DNA from: Tubiluchus corallicola
Taxonomy: Eukaryota; Animalia; Priapulida
Direction: 5' to 3'
DNA length: 64,000 nucleotides
Assembly (NCBI GenBank): GCA_030141605.1
Contig: JAQGDQ010000517.1
Coordinates: 62,001 to 126,000, forward strand
Part shown: positions 1 to 12,799 of the stretch, one piece after another
Numbering within the stretch: position 1 is the stretch's first letter
Layout of the letters: each line of letters opens with the position of its first letter
Program-made: the position numbers and the translations under genes
The notes under the pieces: generated by a model
What the model was told of the DNA's origin: nothing
Databases searched by the model: none
What the model saw: the letters and a program-made list of their open reading frames with translations, nothing else

Positions 1-1292
1 AGCACGCAGTCAGTTGTGTATTTTGTGTGATAGAAAAAATATTTTAAACACATGATATTGCTAATAAGCGTCATTTCGGGGGTAAACGAATGCAATAAGA
101 TCCAGTTTTTGAGTTTTAATTTTCAGTAAAATGTTTTATCAGCAAATGTGGTGGAATTCTAAGACTTATTTCTGGGCAATAGAAGATTGATCTAATCACC
201 AACAAAAAGCATGTAACATCTTGCTCTTCTGCTACGCTTTTATCAGTTCTTTTGTGTCTTCAGACGAGATCAGCTTGCATTGGATTTCTTTTTCCACATC
301 CTCCTTATTTGTCTTGTTTAATGTAAACACGGAATTCCTTGTGAATCCGGATTTGTCGGCTATCCCGACAACTCACTCGGGTTTCCGCTTCACCCCCCAC
401 ACGCCACGCTTAATCTTAAAAAAGAAACTAACCAAAAATTCCCACCAGGGAAGTCTGGTCGTATAATTTAGTCAGAGATTTTCCCGTTATTGCTCGGGAG
501 ATATGAAGCCATGTTTTCGTGTAAATGTCTGTCATGGCATGCTTTTGCGGTCTTTGCAGCTGCGCTAGTAACTTTTAACTTGTCTTTCTTCGCATGGTTT
601 GCTTTTAGTACGTAATCGCACTTTGGTGAACTTTGGTGTTCTTTGTTATAGGAAAAGTTAGAGTGATAAGTCACAAGGCCCAGAAAACTACACAGAAACA
701 TTAGTTTTTCAGACTGCCATAATTGTGTAAAGTTTTTGCAACAAGAAAAACAATTAATAACCATTAACATTGCAGTAAATTCTTTCGTATTTTGAATACA
801 TTTCCTACTTATTCTATACATCTACAGATATAATCAAATTATAGTGTGTTTCCCTGATGTTGGCATGTGGCTACTTTTTTGTACCATCCATTTATTCGCC
901 ATTTATATAATTCATGCTTTGGTTCTTCTATTCCATCTGTTGTTTACCACAAAATGCAAGCTTGACTGTGTTAGTTTCTTTCCTCTTCACAACATCCAGG
1001 TTCGCGATTTTACTCAAACGCAGCGCAATCCTGGAACAAGAAAGTTAATCATCATCAGTTGCAGGCGGTTTCATAAAAAAATTAGCAGATAAGAAAAAAA
1101 GCTAAATAACCTTGTGACAAACTAACTAAGTTGTATGCACTTGATGGGCCCATGACTATAACTCATCTTTTATACAACGTAAATTTTTTGACACCTTTGC
1201 TTGCTGATTTCTATGACAAAATCGAAACAAATTAAAATGCTAATTATTGTTAAACTTTAATTCAACTGGAGCAGAGTCGCTGCCTCCCCTGA

Positions 1293-1300
1293 TGACGTCA
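1293..1300. promoter_or_regulatory. Perfect CRE/ATF palindrome in the DUSP intron
   Basis: TGACGTCA. Confidence 0.4.
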
Positions 1301-2847
1301 ATGGATATAATCATTAAAATACGCCGGGAGTCGTTAAAATGATTTAGCAGCCTCTCACTCGATTAAGGAACTGAGTATATTTAATTACAGGGGCAGGTTT
1401 ATACGCGATAAGCGTAATTAGTTTTAAGAGCGCTCGTCTTAAAATAACAGGAATTAGCGTGTGATTTTTACAGAGAATTTTAACTCATTATTTCACTATA
1501 CTGTATAAAAGATGCCATTTGCAGTGAGTTAAGGCACTATAAATGCAGCACTATAATTGTTTATCTCGGCGAAAAATTGCTTAAACTTAAATAGGCTCTA
1601 AACTTGCAGTTGGCTGTAAAAAAATTTTAGGTGCTGCAAGGCACTACTATTTATTTTATGCATAATAAGTACAGAAAATTTATTAGCAATTTTATCTAAT
1701 GTGACTCATTGTTACGTGTATAATGTCTAATCCAAAATCTTCGACCAGAATTTTATTCTACGTGAAAAGTGTAAACGATTTTCAATTTACATGTTTGTTT
1801 TGGAGCCGCTTGTTCATATTTATAAAACTGCATTGTTTCGTTATTCTTACCTGGTCAGTAATTCAAATAAGCCATGGAGTTTATACTACAAACGCTTATC
1901 ATTCGTCCATCACATTAAGCTTCTCGAGAGTCTGACTTTAACTTAAGCAGCAGCAAAATTGTTACGGCTAGAAGTTTTACAAGTTTTCTGCAGAGTTATC
2001 GTTTAGTTAAAACATTTTATCGCCCGTAAACTCTTATATGTGAGCCTGGAAGCGTTGGCTTCATGTATTCCACGGCCGTTAACATTTGATCTTTTTGCGT
2101 TGAAAGAAAAGCATTGAGGTGCCGTATTTTATTCAGCAGGTTATTCGATCTTTCTCCGAGAATTGCTGAAATACTGAAGCACTTCAAGTTTTCCCACGCG
2201 ATATGGACTCCCTGCGAAGTGGTTATTAAGTGTAAACTCGAGTTTTTACGAGCATAAAATCCATGTAAAATTAATTAAACATCCACTTATTTTTACCGTG
2301 TTGGCGTTTAGTTTCCGCAGCTCCTGTACTATCTTTTACGAATGCCATATTTTAGAAACTAAACCATCAACTTTCTGTCTGCTTAAATATTTTTATTTAT
2401 CGTATGAATGCCAAACCTATATACTGTACTGTAAGCGCAGGCAAAATACTTGACGCACCTTTTTGCCTTATGTTTTTTCTTGCTTCACTTATGATAGGTT
2501 AACAATTTTAGCAATAACAATTCGTTTACAGATACCCCCGTGAACAGGAAATTAATTGCTCAGCAACTAGTGATTTAGTCAGTCAGGCACACAGCCCTGC
2601 CGTAAAATTTTTATTTGAGAATAGTAATTAAGCTTTGGTTATTAGTCCTTACTTGTGTGCGCATTTTTAGTGAAATTAACCATTTTATACTGCTCAAGTA
2701 GCCATGCTCCCTGCCTTCATTTGTACTTGAGTCAAATTGCAAAACTTGTTAATGAGTTACATCTATATCATTGGTGCAGCAATTTTCTTTTCTCACACGT
2801 GTGTCGCTTCCTCGTGGGATACGAATTGTATTGTGTTTGTTATGCAG

Positions 2848-2858
2848 ATGACTCAGCA
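2848..2858 (+). promoter_or_regulatory. AP-1/ARE (Nrf2-Maf type) site in the DUSP intron
   Basis: ATGACTCAGCA; further TGACTCA/TGAGTCA near 1701 and 2727. Confidence 0.4.
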
Positions 2859-3104
2859 TCGAAGATATCAGCAGGGAAACACCTATCCTCTTCCTATGAT
2901 CCTATCCCTATAAGCAGGAAATGTTGCATAATTCTCGGTATACATCTGCCCGTTGACACCAACACTCTTAACACTTGAGCCAATGCCTTTACTCCTTCCA
3001 GGATTATCAGACAGATAGGGTACAAACACTGAAATCATTTCAAATTATGCACTGTATCATTTTTGGTCTGTATAACTTTCAATGTGGATTTTTTTTCATT
3101 ACAG

Positions 3105-3415
3105 ATGACGCGAGAAAAAATGGTTGTAATGTTCTGATACACTGCCATGCAGGAGTCTCTCGCAGTGCTACCATAACCATCGCTTACGTCATGAAACAGA
3201 TGGGCATTTCTATGATCGACGCATACAAATACGTCAAAAATAAGAGGCCTATCATTTCACCCAACCTCAATTTCATGGGCCAGCTCGTTGAATTTGAGCA
3301 ATCGCTGCAAGCGCACAACCAAAGTTCGACACAAGCACAACAACTGTGTCAAGCACAAAAACCAGAAAATGCTCCACCACAGTCTTGCCTGCTGGGTATT
3401 GAAACAAGTGTTTAA
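3105..3415 (+). CDS. DUSP10: Last coding exon of a dual-specificity MAPK phosphatase, DUSP10/MKP5/puckered-like; upstream exons not found and probably lie before the window
   Basis: Acceptor ttttttcattacag| then (D)[65 protein letters not shown]. Contains the HCxxGxSRS catalytic loop and the [14 protein letters not shown] motif typical of DUSP10. Ends GIETSV*. Confidence 0.92.
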
Positions 3416-4850
3416 GGGACCATCATGAGTTTTGACTGACTCAAGTTGTAGTAACACTTATAACTAAAATTAATAAAAATATATATTTTAAAGAGGCATA
3501 GATATGACAAAGAAATCATATTAATTCTTTTGCTGTTATTTAAGCAGTTTAGAATGATTATTGCTACGTCAGCTTAACATGGCTCCAACGTTTGCTTTAC
3601 TGTGGCACGTCTTACAAGTGTCAAGAAGAAAGCGGGGATAATTAAAAATAAAAATTTAGAGAAGCTAATAAAACTAGTCATTGTATAACGTGTGAGTTTA
3701 AATAATTATCACAAAGACCAAAAAAAACAAATGACAACCGTGTAACTATATTAGATGTATGGTGAAGCCTTTTGTTGTGGCACTCATAATAATTTGTAAG
3801 TTTGATTGAATTTAATTTATTATTTTTGTGTAATATTATTGTGCGCTAGCCAATAAGTTTGTTAGTTCAATTGATGTTTAGTTATTACGCTTATCTTAAT
3901 ATTTCTATTGTGCGTAAGTTTCATGTATTGAATTAAAATGGGTATGCTGCAAGGCAGCATCACTTTACCATTTTTGTTTATACCCTCTGAATTTTGTTTA
4001 AGATTTTGAACAATGTAAAAATTATTTAAGGGTCATATTTACGTTAAAAAAGTTAATGGGTCCAAACCGAGTTTTACCAAAATGACGTTTCAAAGTTATT
4101 TAGGACAGTGATTTCATTTTTCGGTAATACGTTACGAAACCAAGATCAGCATTCCACTTTGTTTGAACGCGCTTGTTAAACGATCTCACTCTGCGCTGGT
4201 ATAAGCACTTATTTCTAAAAAGATTTTTTGTATAAATATAAAAGCAATATCTGGCGATGCTAACATTAGTCACAATTTGATATGCTAGATTACTGGATTT
4301 TGATAAAACGTGATAAATTTGTCAATTCTTCATCAAAATTTAATAAACGTTCTTTTTATTTTCAAGAATAATAAAAAGTGCAGTTGGACAGATAAACTTT
4401 ATCGTCTGTAAACCCAGCATCACTGCCAGAATGCATATGTAATAACACTAGATATCTACTTCTGGACTCTGTAAGAGCGATTCATTTGAATATTTGTGAA
4501 TGAAGTTATTAATATAATCACCACATTTACGTGTTATTATATTATGTAGTGTAAGATGTACCCATGTCAATTGTCACGGTCTGCATCAAATTTGACAGCC
4601 TAAAATAAATCACATTTTACACGACTTGTTGGTAAGTTTTACCCAGTAACTTTATATGAATGTAGTGTCTATAAGTGCCCTTATAAATACCTTGTATTAT
4701 GTACAGCTTACTGTTCTATAGGTAATGAAGTTTGTAATACAGCTGTTGAAAATTATTATGTAAATATTTGTTACTATAGCTAAATATACTGCTAAGAACA
4801 GACCATTTATGTGTCTTATTGTCTTATATTATAAGAGTAATATTAAAAAT
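3416..4850 (+). other. Probable AU-rich 3' UTR of the DUSP10-like gene
   Basis: Very AT-rich, with ATTTA elements, a Pumilio-type TGTAAATA at 4759-4766 and candidate AATAAA/ATTAAA signals near 4604 and 4842. The 3' end is approximate. Confidence 0.45.
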
Positions 4851-5015
4851 ACATGTAAGAAAGGACATGTTTTCACTGACCGATTTTCTTTTATTATTCA
4901 AAGTTTCACTGTATTTGTACTTGCGATTTCTGCACGGCCTGATCGGTAAAGCTGTATTGTTTTATGTACTGAGACACGTATTATTATTGCCTTAAAGTAC
5001 ATGTACATTGTACCG

Positions 5016-5035
5016 TGACGTCACTGATGACGTCA
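5016..5035. promoter_or_regulatory. Tandem double CRE downstream of DUSP
   Basis: TGACGTCA-ctga-TGACGTCA. Confidence 0.5.
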
Positions 5036-6390
5036 TTCTTGTATTTTTCCACGTTTCTATGGTAAATGATCGTTTGTGTGTATTATAAATTATACTAATA
5101 TTATATTGTGATTGATTATCATAGTGTTTGTGTGAATCATCACCAATAAATGGCAGTCCTTGTAAACCATCCACTTACTATTGTCTATTGTTGTTCATCC
5201 AGGTATTAATAAGGGGCTTCTCACCTGTGTGACAGGTACTAATTACAGTCGTGTACACGTGTTTGCTTGAGTGATTACAATGCATGCGCTCTAGATGGCA
5301 GGTGATAGGTTCAGTCTATTATTAATGTCCTGGGAAGCCAGAGAGCCGCAGATAAGCTGATTTAATGGCAACAAGGACACAAAGAAGAGTGTTTTTTTTA
5401 TGAAGACTTGCTCATGGTTTCATCGAATTCACTGTAGCTGAATATAGTTTCTAAATAAGGCAGCAGATAACAAAGCACGGTAGACTGCAATTACTGATGA
5501 AAATGACTAACAGTTCATCAGTTTGAGTGATGAAATGGAAAATGAAATGAAAAAAATCCGAAATTTTTGAGAAAAAATTCAATTAATTAGTCAAAATAAA
5601 CAAGTTTGAAAATATAGAATTGAAATTTTGTTTTGAAACATAATCGTTTGATATATTAGTAAGTAGTCAAAACTATATTAGTTGGTGGTAAAACGGTTTA
5701 GCTTGTACCCGAATATAAACCTCCCATTTTTTGTCCATTTAGGTAAATTTCATCTCAAGAAGTTAATTGTTATGTATCAGTTAATCCTTCAAAACAAAAG
5801 TACACTATACAAATTATTCAGGAATTAGGATACTGTCGCACTAATAAGCTCAAGTCTGGAAACTTCGAAGAATGCATAAGCTAAGGTCAGGCTACGTTGA
5901 TTTGTGACAAAGCAAAGAATGATGAGGGCTAAGAGCATGGTTGAAATTTGCACCTGGAAGACGTTTACGTCTGTTTTTAACAATGCTTGTGGTGGTATAC
6001 GCCTGTTCTGTATGCCTAATAAAACGATCTGATTCTCAGTGTATCTAAACAATGGATTGGATTGAAAATTTGTAAAACAAATTGTAAAAATGTTGTCACT
6101 TTTGATTTATGAAGTTGATAGCGTCGCATAGAAAAATATCTCTCGCAAAATCGCAGCAAGAGACCGGCTAACGCGACCACTGAGAATTGTTTAATTTCCA
6201 AAATAATTAAAATTTCAATTTCTCGTCTACATTATCTTGCCGTTTTTTATTCAAACACACGCATGCACGAAAGACAACGTACTATTGAAAATGCAAAATT
6301 CCAGGATATGCATTACGCAAGTCGAACCAATCTCTATAAATGAAGCAAGGAAATCCGGTCGTTTTACATATGTGTCTGCAAAAAATCCTG

Positions 6391-6413
6391 ATTATTATTA
6401 TTATTATTATTAT

Positions 6414-6490
<77 letters not shown>
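6391..6490. repeat. Compound microsatellite (ATT)n(AGT)n
   Basis: Read directly; explains the poly-I/S/L pseudo-ORFs. Confidence 0.97.
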
Positions 6491-6491
<1 letters not shown>

Positions 6492-7571
6492 GAGTAAACC
6501 AAGCAGCAACAATAACAAAATAACAAAAAAGTCTTTAGCTATCTTTCTTATTCATATGATAAAGCTTGATTTATTAGTTTAGTTACTCCTTTTCGTTTTA
6601 ATTTTAGCTTTATCCAGTGTTGCTCGTCCTTGCATGTATTCATTTCCTATTTAACAATTTATTTATTCATTGACTCTCATAGTTGATGGTTCTTTTCCTC
6701 ATTTCCGCTTTTACTTCTGTTTATCTGTTTGTTTCCATTTGTTGGTTTATTCGTTCGTTCAGTCATTGTTTGTTTGTTCGCGCACTCGTTCACTTTGTCG
6801 TTTGTTTACGCTTTCGTATTCTCATTGATTTGGTTGTTCTTGCCTTCATTCTTTCCCCCAATTCATTCGCTCACTTGATTTATGTACACACTTGTTTTCC
6901 TTTTCTTTCTTGCCTAGCCTGTATGTTCCATCTCCTTTTTATCTTTGTCTCTACTTATTCATCACATACATATATATTTAACTTTCATCACTTAATACAA
7001 AATGTATATTTCATAAAAATAGTTTTCTAACAAAAATATATAGTGAATACTGAAAACCTTTGGAAACGACTCCATGTTACAAACCCACAATTAATTTAAT
7101 TTTTATATGGTTTAATTATGATTAAACGTAGAAGACTGAAAATGTTTAGAAAGTTGGAATGAGCTTATATTTGAACCAGGGGCCTTCTTCTTAGTGTAAG
7201 TGTTTCATTCTTTCAAGTTTGGTATCAAAATTTCAAGTAATTGTGTGTTTGTAACATCATTAATAATAATTTTGGCGTTAAAATTATTATAATTAATTGG
7301 AAATGACTTGTTTGTTATCTGCAGAGTAGAGAGTAAATTTGTGGTGCTTTGGTGCTTAGCCTACACAAAAAAGGTTGATTCTAAGTTTTTATTGTCTTAT
7401 TAGAATGCACGTTTTGTGCATGGAAATAGTGGTTACATTCAAAAGTGTCCCAGAAACAGATTATACTACAATATGAGAAATAAATTGAACCCCTACTAAA
7501 AAGAAACTTAAGTAAAACAGATACACTTTTGTTCCATTTGCAAACTTATTACCAGTTTCTGGTAAGATCAC

Positions 7572-7800
7572 TGACGTCATCGATACCAGCGATTACTGGA
7601 TGAGGTCACACATACACCCAGTTCATTGCTCACTATTAGTCATTAAATTAAATCCATAATCTTGGCGCCCGTCCGAATCAGTCTGAGGGCCCGCTGGCTC
7701 CCAAAGGGTCATAGCAGTAAATTATAATTAAGATTTACTGCCCAAGTTTATTGTGCGTTAATTCCTGGTTAGATGCATTTCTTGTCTCATAATGACGTCA
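7572..7800. promoter_or_regulatory. Two more perfect CRE sites (7572-7579, 7793-7800) around a GC-richer patch; putative enhancer
   Basis: TGACGTCA twice, plus TGAGGTCA near 7601. Confidence 0.4.
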
Positions 7801-9722
7801 TTTGGGACCAAATACCAGTGTTAAACTATTAACATCCAATCAACAGTTAGCTGTTCGGCGTAATAGAAGTAAGAAAGGAGCCAGCAAGATATGATGGCTT
7901 GTTCGATGTAGCTTTTGCCCTTCACATAGGTGGGGTTTCTAGACATACGTATATGAAAACGCTGAAAATTCATAAAACTTCTTGAAGTTTAATTAGTATA
8001 TCACAAACATTTTTTCGATTATTATACTGATGCCTCTACAAATTAATTTTCAGTATTACCAAACAGGAGAAATTGAAAACCGTTTCAATCCAACAAGTGA
8101 GCTGTATTTAGGTGAAAAAGAGAAAAAGCACAAACGATGACTAAGCATTATTTTTTTAATTTGATAACGTTAATACATTTACTAATAACCAGAGAAAATA
8201 CCACAACCGAAAGAACACAATTCATAGACGCACAGAGCCCACAACTAAAAGTGACAATAACACAGCAACAAAAAAGTTTATTTATTTATTTACTTCTATT
8301 CATTTACTTGCTCGTTCATTTATTTATTTTATCGCATCATAACAACACATACGAATTTAAGTTCATGCACTTTTACATAACTGACTTGTCGCTGAATAGG
8401 CCCGACATACCTAACCTATAAAACCTATTACGTGTACTGTGTAAATCTTTTCACAGCATTTTCTTTTGTATACATCAATTCCCGCTTCCAATTTCTTAAC
8501 AATTCAAATTTTATCTGTAGTCTTTATCGGAATATTCATAACTCTAAAATCAGCGCCATTACAGTTAAATATCGTTCGTTTGCTCAGTCGCCATCAACCC
8601 TTGATGAGTAAATAATTCCAACAATCGGCGTCATTATCAAGGATGTCTCCCGTAAGGAAGCCCAGCAGATCTTGACTCAACTTCACGGGAAACCACGTTG
8701 TTTTACGTCTTTGTTGAGATTTGAATTTCTGGGGTCAATCACGTCGAGCTGAATGATTTGATGGGAGAACGTCCGAGGCTTGGCGGCGCCGTGAGAAAGC
8801 TCTACTAAACACTTAGCAACCAGTTCCGCGAAAAAATATGACTTTCTTCCACGAAACAAAACAAACCGAATTAAATTTTACAACCATGGGCCCAGCAGTC
8901 ACTTGGTGAGTTATGACTGGGGATATCGCAATGCCAGCTTGGCGCGACGACTGAATCATTAGACTTTACCAGTTTTGTTAAGTGGTAAGTTGCTCGAACG
9001 ATTTCTAAGAAAATGAGCAAGAAATTTGTAAAAAAGTAAATTTAATGTAGAAGTAATTTGGTGGCAGGCGACTCTGGTTGTCTGGCTAGCGCTTTGAGCT
9101 GTTTAAGACTGTTTTACATAATTGCGCGGTGGCTGTCGAAAAATACATAAAATCATACATTGTATTATTATAACATTTCAGTCGATGATAATCCACAGTT
9201 GTTGAAATCGGATTATTAAATATTTTGGCTTCATTCTGTTCCAAAATTGTCACTAAGTTATTTCCTGTATTACCTTAGGACTGCAGAACTTTTAATTAAA
9301 ATGTTACGCATGTTAAAATGACAACTGCCACTCTTGAACGTTTAAATAGTGAGTCTACTCAATATACAAAGGTTAAAATGACGCAACGCCAGAAAAAAAC
9401 TCTCTCTTAATTCAATAATTCACTGATTAATTTATTTGTTTATTAATTTATTTGTTCATTGAATCATTACCTATTTATGCACTCAATCATGACTCACTCA
9501 TTCCTACTTCATTTAGTCACTTGTTAGTTCGAATATTTTTTCACACATTTGATAAACATTTAATAAAACTTATGTTGAAAAATGCTAAACGTTATTTATA
9601 TTTTCAACATCATTCATAAGGTTTTTCTTGCTACCAATTGGTAATTGCTAGTAGTAACGTTGAACTTGTCATAATTGAAATTTTCTGACAACTAAATAAT
9701 TGTCCATTGCTTCTTTCTCATC

Positions 9723-9739
9723 TCATTCAACGTCTTCAT
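9723..9739 (-). CDS. Probable short terminal coding exon of the uncharacterised DDDNCDC gene ((D)EDVE*)
   Basis: Acceptor ctacatttttcag|; phase 1 matches the donor at 9873. Confidence 0.5.
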
Positions 9740-9872
9740 CTGAAAAATGTAGTAAAACAGTTATCAGCAGCATTGTTTGGATATATATTACCTAAATTAG
9801 ACATACGTACAACTAAACGCTAATTAAAAAACAATTTTATTTCTCCAAAGTCTAGATGCTTGGTGTACTTAC

Positions 9873-10112
9873 CTTTGAAATACAAGAAAAGTTGATTGCC
9901 AGGTAAAGGAGGTTGACAGTGGTTATCGTATAATAGATCGACCCCATAAACATTGGGTTGGGAATACTGGGTCTCGAACGTGGTACCGCACATACCATGC
10001 CCCATGCTGAGAGTTGACAAACAATCACAGTTGTCGTCATCAAGCAGCAGCGACGCAACTCCATTCTGTTTTCGATACATGAAGGAATCTTGGGCCTGTT
10101 TTGGTGGAATAC
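9873..10112 (-). CDS. Exon of an uncharacterised Cys-rich protein: (G)IPPKQAQDSFMYRKQNGVASLLLDDDNCDCLSTLSMGHGMCGTTFETQYSQPNVYGVDLLYDNHCQPPLPGNQLFLYFK
   Basis: 240 nt, acceptor cttgcttcaatag|, donor |gtaagt, phase 1-1, open and in frame with the neighbouring exons. Confidence 0.88.
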
Positions 10113-10323
10113 CTATTGAAGCAAGTGGGACAGTTTCCACGTTAATAAAAATAAAACACCTCATACAACAATTATTGCAGCAAGAACTATTGCAGCATAG
10201 ATTTCAAAATTAAGATTCCAAAAATTTGAATCCTAGTTTTCAACTGGTTTTACTTTGTTATCTACCAAATGAATGATTGACTAAATGACTGGTTGGCTAA
10301 CAGCTGATAAGTTCACCAATTAC

Positions 10324-10436
10324 CTGCAATAACTTTTGGATTCCAAGCCTCATTATTCAAAACTTTTGATTCGATATGATCATGAAATGCTAACCATGCT
10401 GCATGTGCTGTTGGATTGGCTGGGTTAAACTTCCAT
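10324..10436 (-). CDS. Exon of the same gene: (R)WKFNPANPTAHAAWLAFHDHIESKVLNNEAWNPKVIA
   Basis: 113 nt, acceptor ctaactgtttttag|, donor |gtaatt, phase 2-1; absent from the ORF track. Confidence 0.87.
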
Positions 10437-10771
10437 CTAAAAACAGTTAGATTTCTTTAGCAATTGCCTTATGATAGTGATTTGATGATGATGACAACAA
10501 TGAGGATGATGCCGACAACGATGAAGCGTTGATGGTGGTGATAGCGACGATGGCACTGCTGCTGCTGATGATGATGATGATAACAGCGATAATAATGATG
10601 ATGATGGCAGTGACGATGACAACAAATGGCCTGAATAACTATTTCTTGTGTATTTTTTATATTGAAGATGATTCTTAGCTTAATCTTTGACTAAAATAAC
10701 TTAAAAGACGTTATAAGTTGGCCGCTTTCAAAAAATAAAATTATAATATACATTTTTTCATAATAAGCTAC

Positions 10772-10886
10772 CTGTATATAATGCCAGAAGAGTCTTTTGC
10801 AAGTATCTCAGTGTCGGCTTCTATTAAAGGCGGTGGAAGTCTACCGAAACAGTAACTGTCAGTTTGCCTGCATGTTCCGTAAGACA
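10772..10886 (-). CDS. Exon of the same gene: SYGTCRQTDSYCFGRLPPPLIEADTEILAKDSSGIIY(R)
   Basis: 115 nt, acceptor ctgattttacag|, donor |gtagct, phase 1-2; joins the exon at 10436 in frame. Confidence 0.85.
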
Positions 10887-11075
10887 CTGTAAAATCAGAT
10901 GTAGCAGCTGTTGGTTACAGTCCAGTTTCATTATTCCAATAAAAAGAAACGTCGAGTGCTTTTTAAGCCTTTTTATCATATAAAAATCGTGTACAAAAAA
11001 AGAAAATGAAACATACTCCCTAAAACATCGATAGGCCAGGAATTTGGTTTGTACCACCAAAAAGCTTTCCACGTG

Positions 11076-11088
11076 GCGCCATCTATCG
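11076..11088 (-). promoter_or_regulatory. CTCF-like motif
   Basis: GCGCCATCTATCG (reverse complement CGATAGATGGCGC) matches the TAGATGGCGC core. Confidence 0.35.
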
Positions 11089-11517
11089 TTAAAGATTCGT
11101 ATTCATCAACTGAAAATTTGAATAATTTTTAGATCACACACGCATCATTGTCTCATATAAAAACTTTGATAATCGCGCTCAGTAAAATTATTCTAATCTA
11201 AGTAATTGCTTTACTTTTACCACCAAAATCACGGTGAGTTTAACGATAGCTGATGTATACAGTAGGTTCAATGATGGTTTATAAAATTTAATCAGTTGTC
11301 TAAAAAACGTCTTGCAAGTTACAATATCAGCAGAAAAATGGCAAAGCGCTCCATATTCTAACAGTTTTGCCTTATTAAACATAAATTTACAGAATTGATT
11401 AAATTTGATTAAATTTCACAGCTGGTAACTGTTCGGTACCACTGAAATACAAACAAAAAAAACAAACAAACAAGGAAACAACTGTAATAGGCCTATAACT
11501 ACGGAAACACTAAAAGG

Positions 11518-11810
11518 ACGTACGAATTTTTAGTCTATCCCCCGAGTTATTAATTCGGAGAATGAGTTACTATGTCGAGGAACTGAGTTAACAATTCAGG
11601 GAAATAAGTTACAAACGCGAGGAATGAGTTACTAACTCGGGGGAATGAATCATTCTCTGAATTAGTAACTCATTCTCATGATAAATAACTTATCCTCCTG
11701 AGTTATTAACTAAGCTCCTAGACTTAACAACTCATTATCCGAGTTATTAACTCATCCCAAGTTACTAACTCGTTCACCTGAATTAATAACTCATTTTCCT
11801 GAATTAGTGA
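11518..11810. repeat. Array of ~21-bp palindromic units (GAGTTANTAACTC plus spacer); foldback/MITE-type arm
   Basis: About 13 degenerate units; the spacer switches from GGGAAT to ATTCCC orientation near 11650; starts cgtacgaatttttagtc. Confidence 0.75.
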
Positions 11811-12110
11811 TTTATGTTGCTGACGCGCTACGTTAATTCCTGAAAATGGTATCACAGTGTGCAAGCAACGCATTATTTAAACTTCATTATCACTTTTTGA
11901 AAACAACATGGATTTGGAGTATTGTAATTCACTTAGGTCTATAATAACTTTATTTTGATCTTTGCGTGGCATGTATGTAGATCGCACAAGTACAAATGGG
12001 AATGGTGTTTGCCCAGTATCAGTGAAGGGCGATTTTGAATGGACATGTTCATGTTATTCATGTTTCAAGGTCATAATACTGCCTTCACTGAAATAATCAT
12101 GCTTGATTAC

Positions 12111-12175
12111 CTGGGAATTTCGTTTCAGTAAAATCAAAACTTGTCCCTTGAACTTTTGACCCACGAGACTTGATT
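12111..12175 (-). CDS. Probable upstream exon of the same gene: IKSRGSKVQGTSFDFTETKFP(V)
   Basis: 65 nt, acceptor gtgctttcag|, donor |gtaatc, phase 2-1; gives ...KFPVSYGTC when joined to the exon at 10886. Confidence 0.62.
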
Positions 12176-12799
12176 CTGAAAGCACACTATTGCCTTTAAT
12201 AAATCCGCCAGGTTTGAGTATACTGAACTGTTCCGTTTTGGTGAAATCACAACTTGTCATTTGTGACCCGTGACTCGTGGGTTAGGAGTCAACCAACACC
12301 ATTCAATTTTATCGAAACATTCGTTTGATATACTGCTAACTACTATTGCTCAACCCTGGAAAATGTCTCTTTTTTGATTTTTGATTTTTGGCCCGTAGCA
12401 AAAAAAATTCTCATACAAACTTGTATTTTGCAAAACATGAGAAATCGATCCCATCTAGGGTCATAACAAAAATGGTCGTGAACCTGCGTTTCTGTTCGTG
12501 AAGGTCATAAATTTTCAAAATTTCTAATGAAAGAGCAATATCCGAGGGAATCGCGATATGTAAAAAGTTTGTTGCCAAAAATAAGCCGATTTTGTGTTTC
12601 AATTGTTATAAGTTTAACCACGTCGTGAAATGATGTTGATCGAAAACTGTCTGCGGCAAATGTTAGCAAAATCACAACACACCAACCTCTGAAGGAAAAG
12701 TGAAATGCTCACAAAATACAATGAAACGCTCACCACAAAAAAAAACCTGTCCATCTTTAACCAATAAAAATGGCTGACGGTAAAGAGACCAACAAGCTA

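Noticed and set aside
2975-3104. N-terminal extension of the DUSP ORF in the ORF track
   Set aside because: Intronic sequence upstream of the acceptor at 3104, with no phosphatase similarity
6282-6582. Poly-Leu / poly-Ser ORFs
   Set aside because: Translations of the (ATT)n(AGT)n microsatellite
11518-11810. CRISPR-like array of regularly spaced palindromic repeats
   Set aside because: Eukaryotic context, ~8-bp spacers that resemble each other, degenerate repeats, and no cas genes
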